Sequence record: MH494197.1
DNA from: Escherichia phage CMSTMSU
DNA length: 64,000 nucleotides
Strand: one strand, 5' to 3'
The notes beneath the pieces were generated by a model, which did no database searches, had not been told where the DNA came from, and saw only the letters and a program-made list of their open reading frames with translations. Positions 63,598 to 64,000 of the stretch are shown here, piece after piece (position 1 is the first letter of the stretch; every line of letters starts with the position of its first letter). The position numbers and the translations under genes were made by a program.

Positions 63598-63974
63598 CTA
63601 CATGTGCATCGAAAATAACATTCTAAAATCATCACCACACAATGTTAACTCTGTAACTATCATTTGCGTCGAGAGGTATATGTACTGCCCTTCTACATAG
63701 TAGGGTGAAGTACATATCCTATCAAGCGATGTAAAGATTATAGAACTTTTGAACTCTCTTTGCAAGGGGATTTTTGTAAATTCGTAAAGAATGTTTTCTT
63801 TACAAATTGTATATCCAAACTTGCTAAGTCTTAAACCACCGCCAGTTCTGAAATTTTCAAAATTGACATCAGAAGCATACGGTCTGTTAATTCAGCGTCT
63901 GATCCATGTACTTCTCTAACTTTTAAAAGTACATCGTTTTGAAATTCAGTACTGTTGTGTGGTTCAGGAATCAT
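63598..63974 (-). CDS. Hypothetical small protein at window edge (frame-broken)
   Basis: MIPEPHNSTEFQNDVLLKVREVHGSDAELTDRML...; weak SD; one frame break. Confidence 0.3.
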
Positions 63975-64000
63975 AAATTACATCCCCACGAAACCCTGTC

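Noticed and set aside
63598-63974. MotA-like middle-transcription activator at the window edge
   Set aside because: Resemblance rests on a single VREVH pentapeptide; too weak to call, gene left as hypothetical.

Overview
This window reads as a segment of a T4-like myovirus genome: AT-rich, densely coded, with late structural genes mostly on the + strand and replication/accessory genes on the - strand. Calls rest on motifs I can read directly in the six-frame translations; no database search was run. Recognisable genes: portal (gp20-like), Rad50/Mre11-like recombination nuclease pair (gp46/gp47-like), a gp55-like late sigma factor, baseplate proteins (gp53-, gp5-, gp25-, gp6-like), two T4-lysozyme-family (GH24) lysozymes, a Nudix hydrolase, thymidylate synthase, a full-length ClpA-like unfoldase, and a MoxR/CobS-like ATPase next to a VWA/HExxH protein. 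About 10 kb (21.9-31.9 kb) is contiguous structural reading, and about 16 kb (40-57.9 kb) is fiber genes, including two tandem giant repetitive fiber paralogs. Almost every gene is broken by frame shifts, often at homopolymer runs, so the sequence probably carries indel errors; fragments were merged where the protein clearly continues in another frame, and all boundaries are approximate. The most interesting candidates are the tandem modular fiber genes, the paired fiber genes with a shared leader (one with a depolymerase-like motif), the ClpA-like unfoldase and ATPase/VWA module under strong sigma70-like promoters, and an ORF-free promoter-to-terminator unit at 6.2-6.7 kb.
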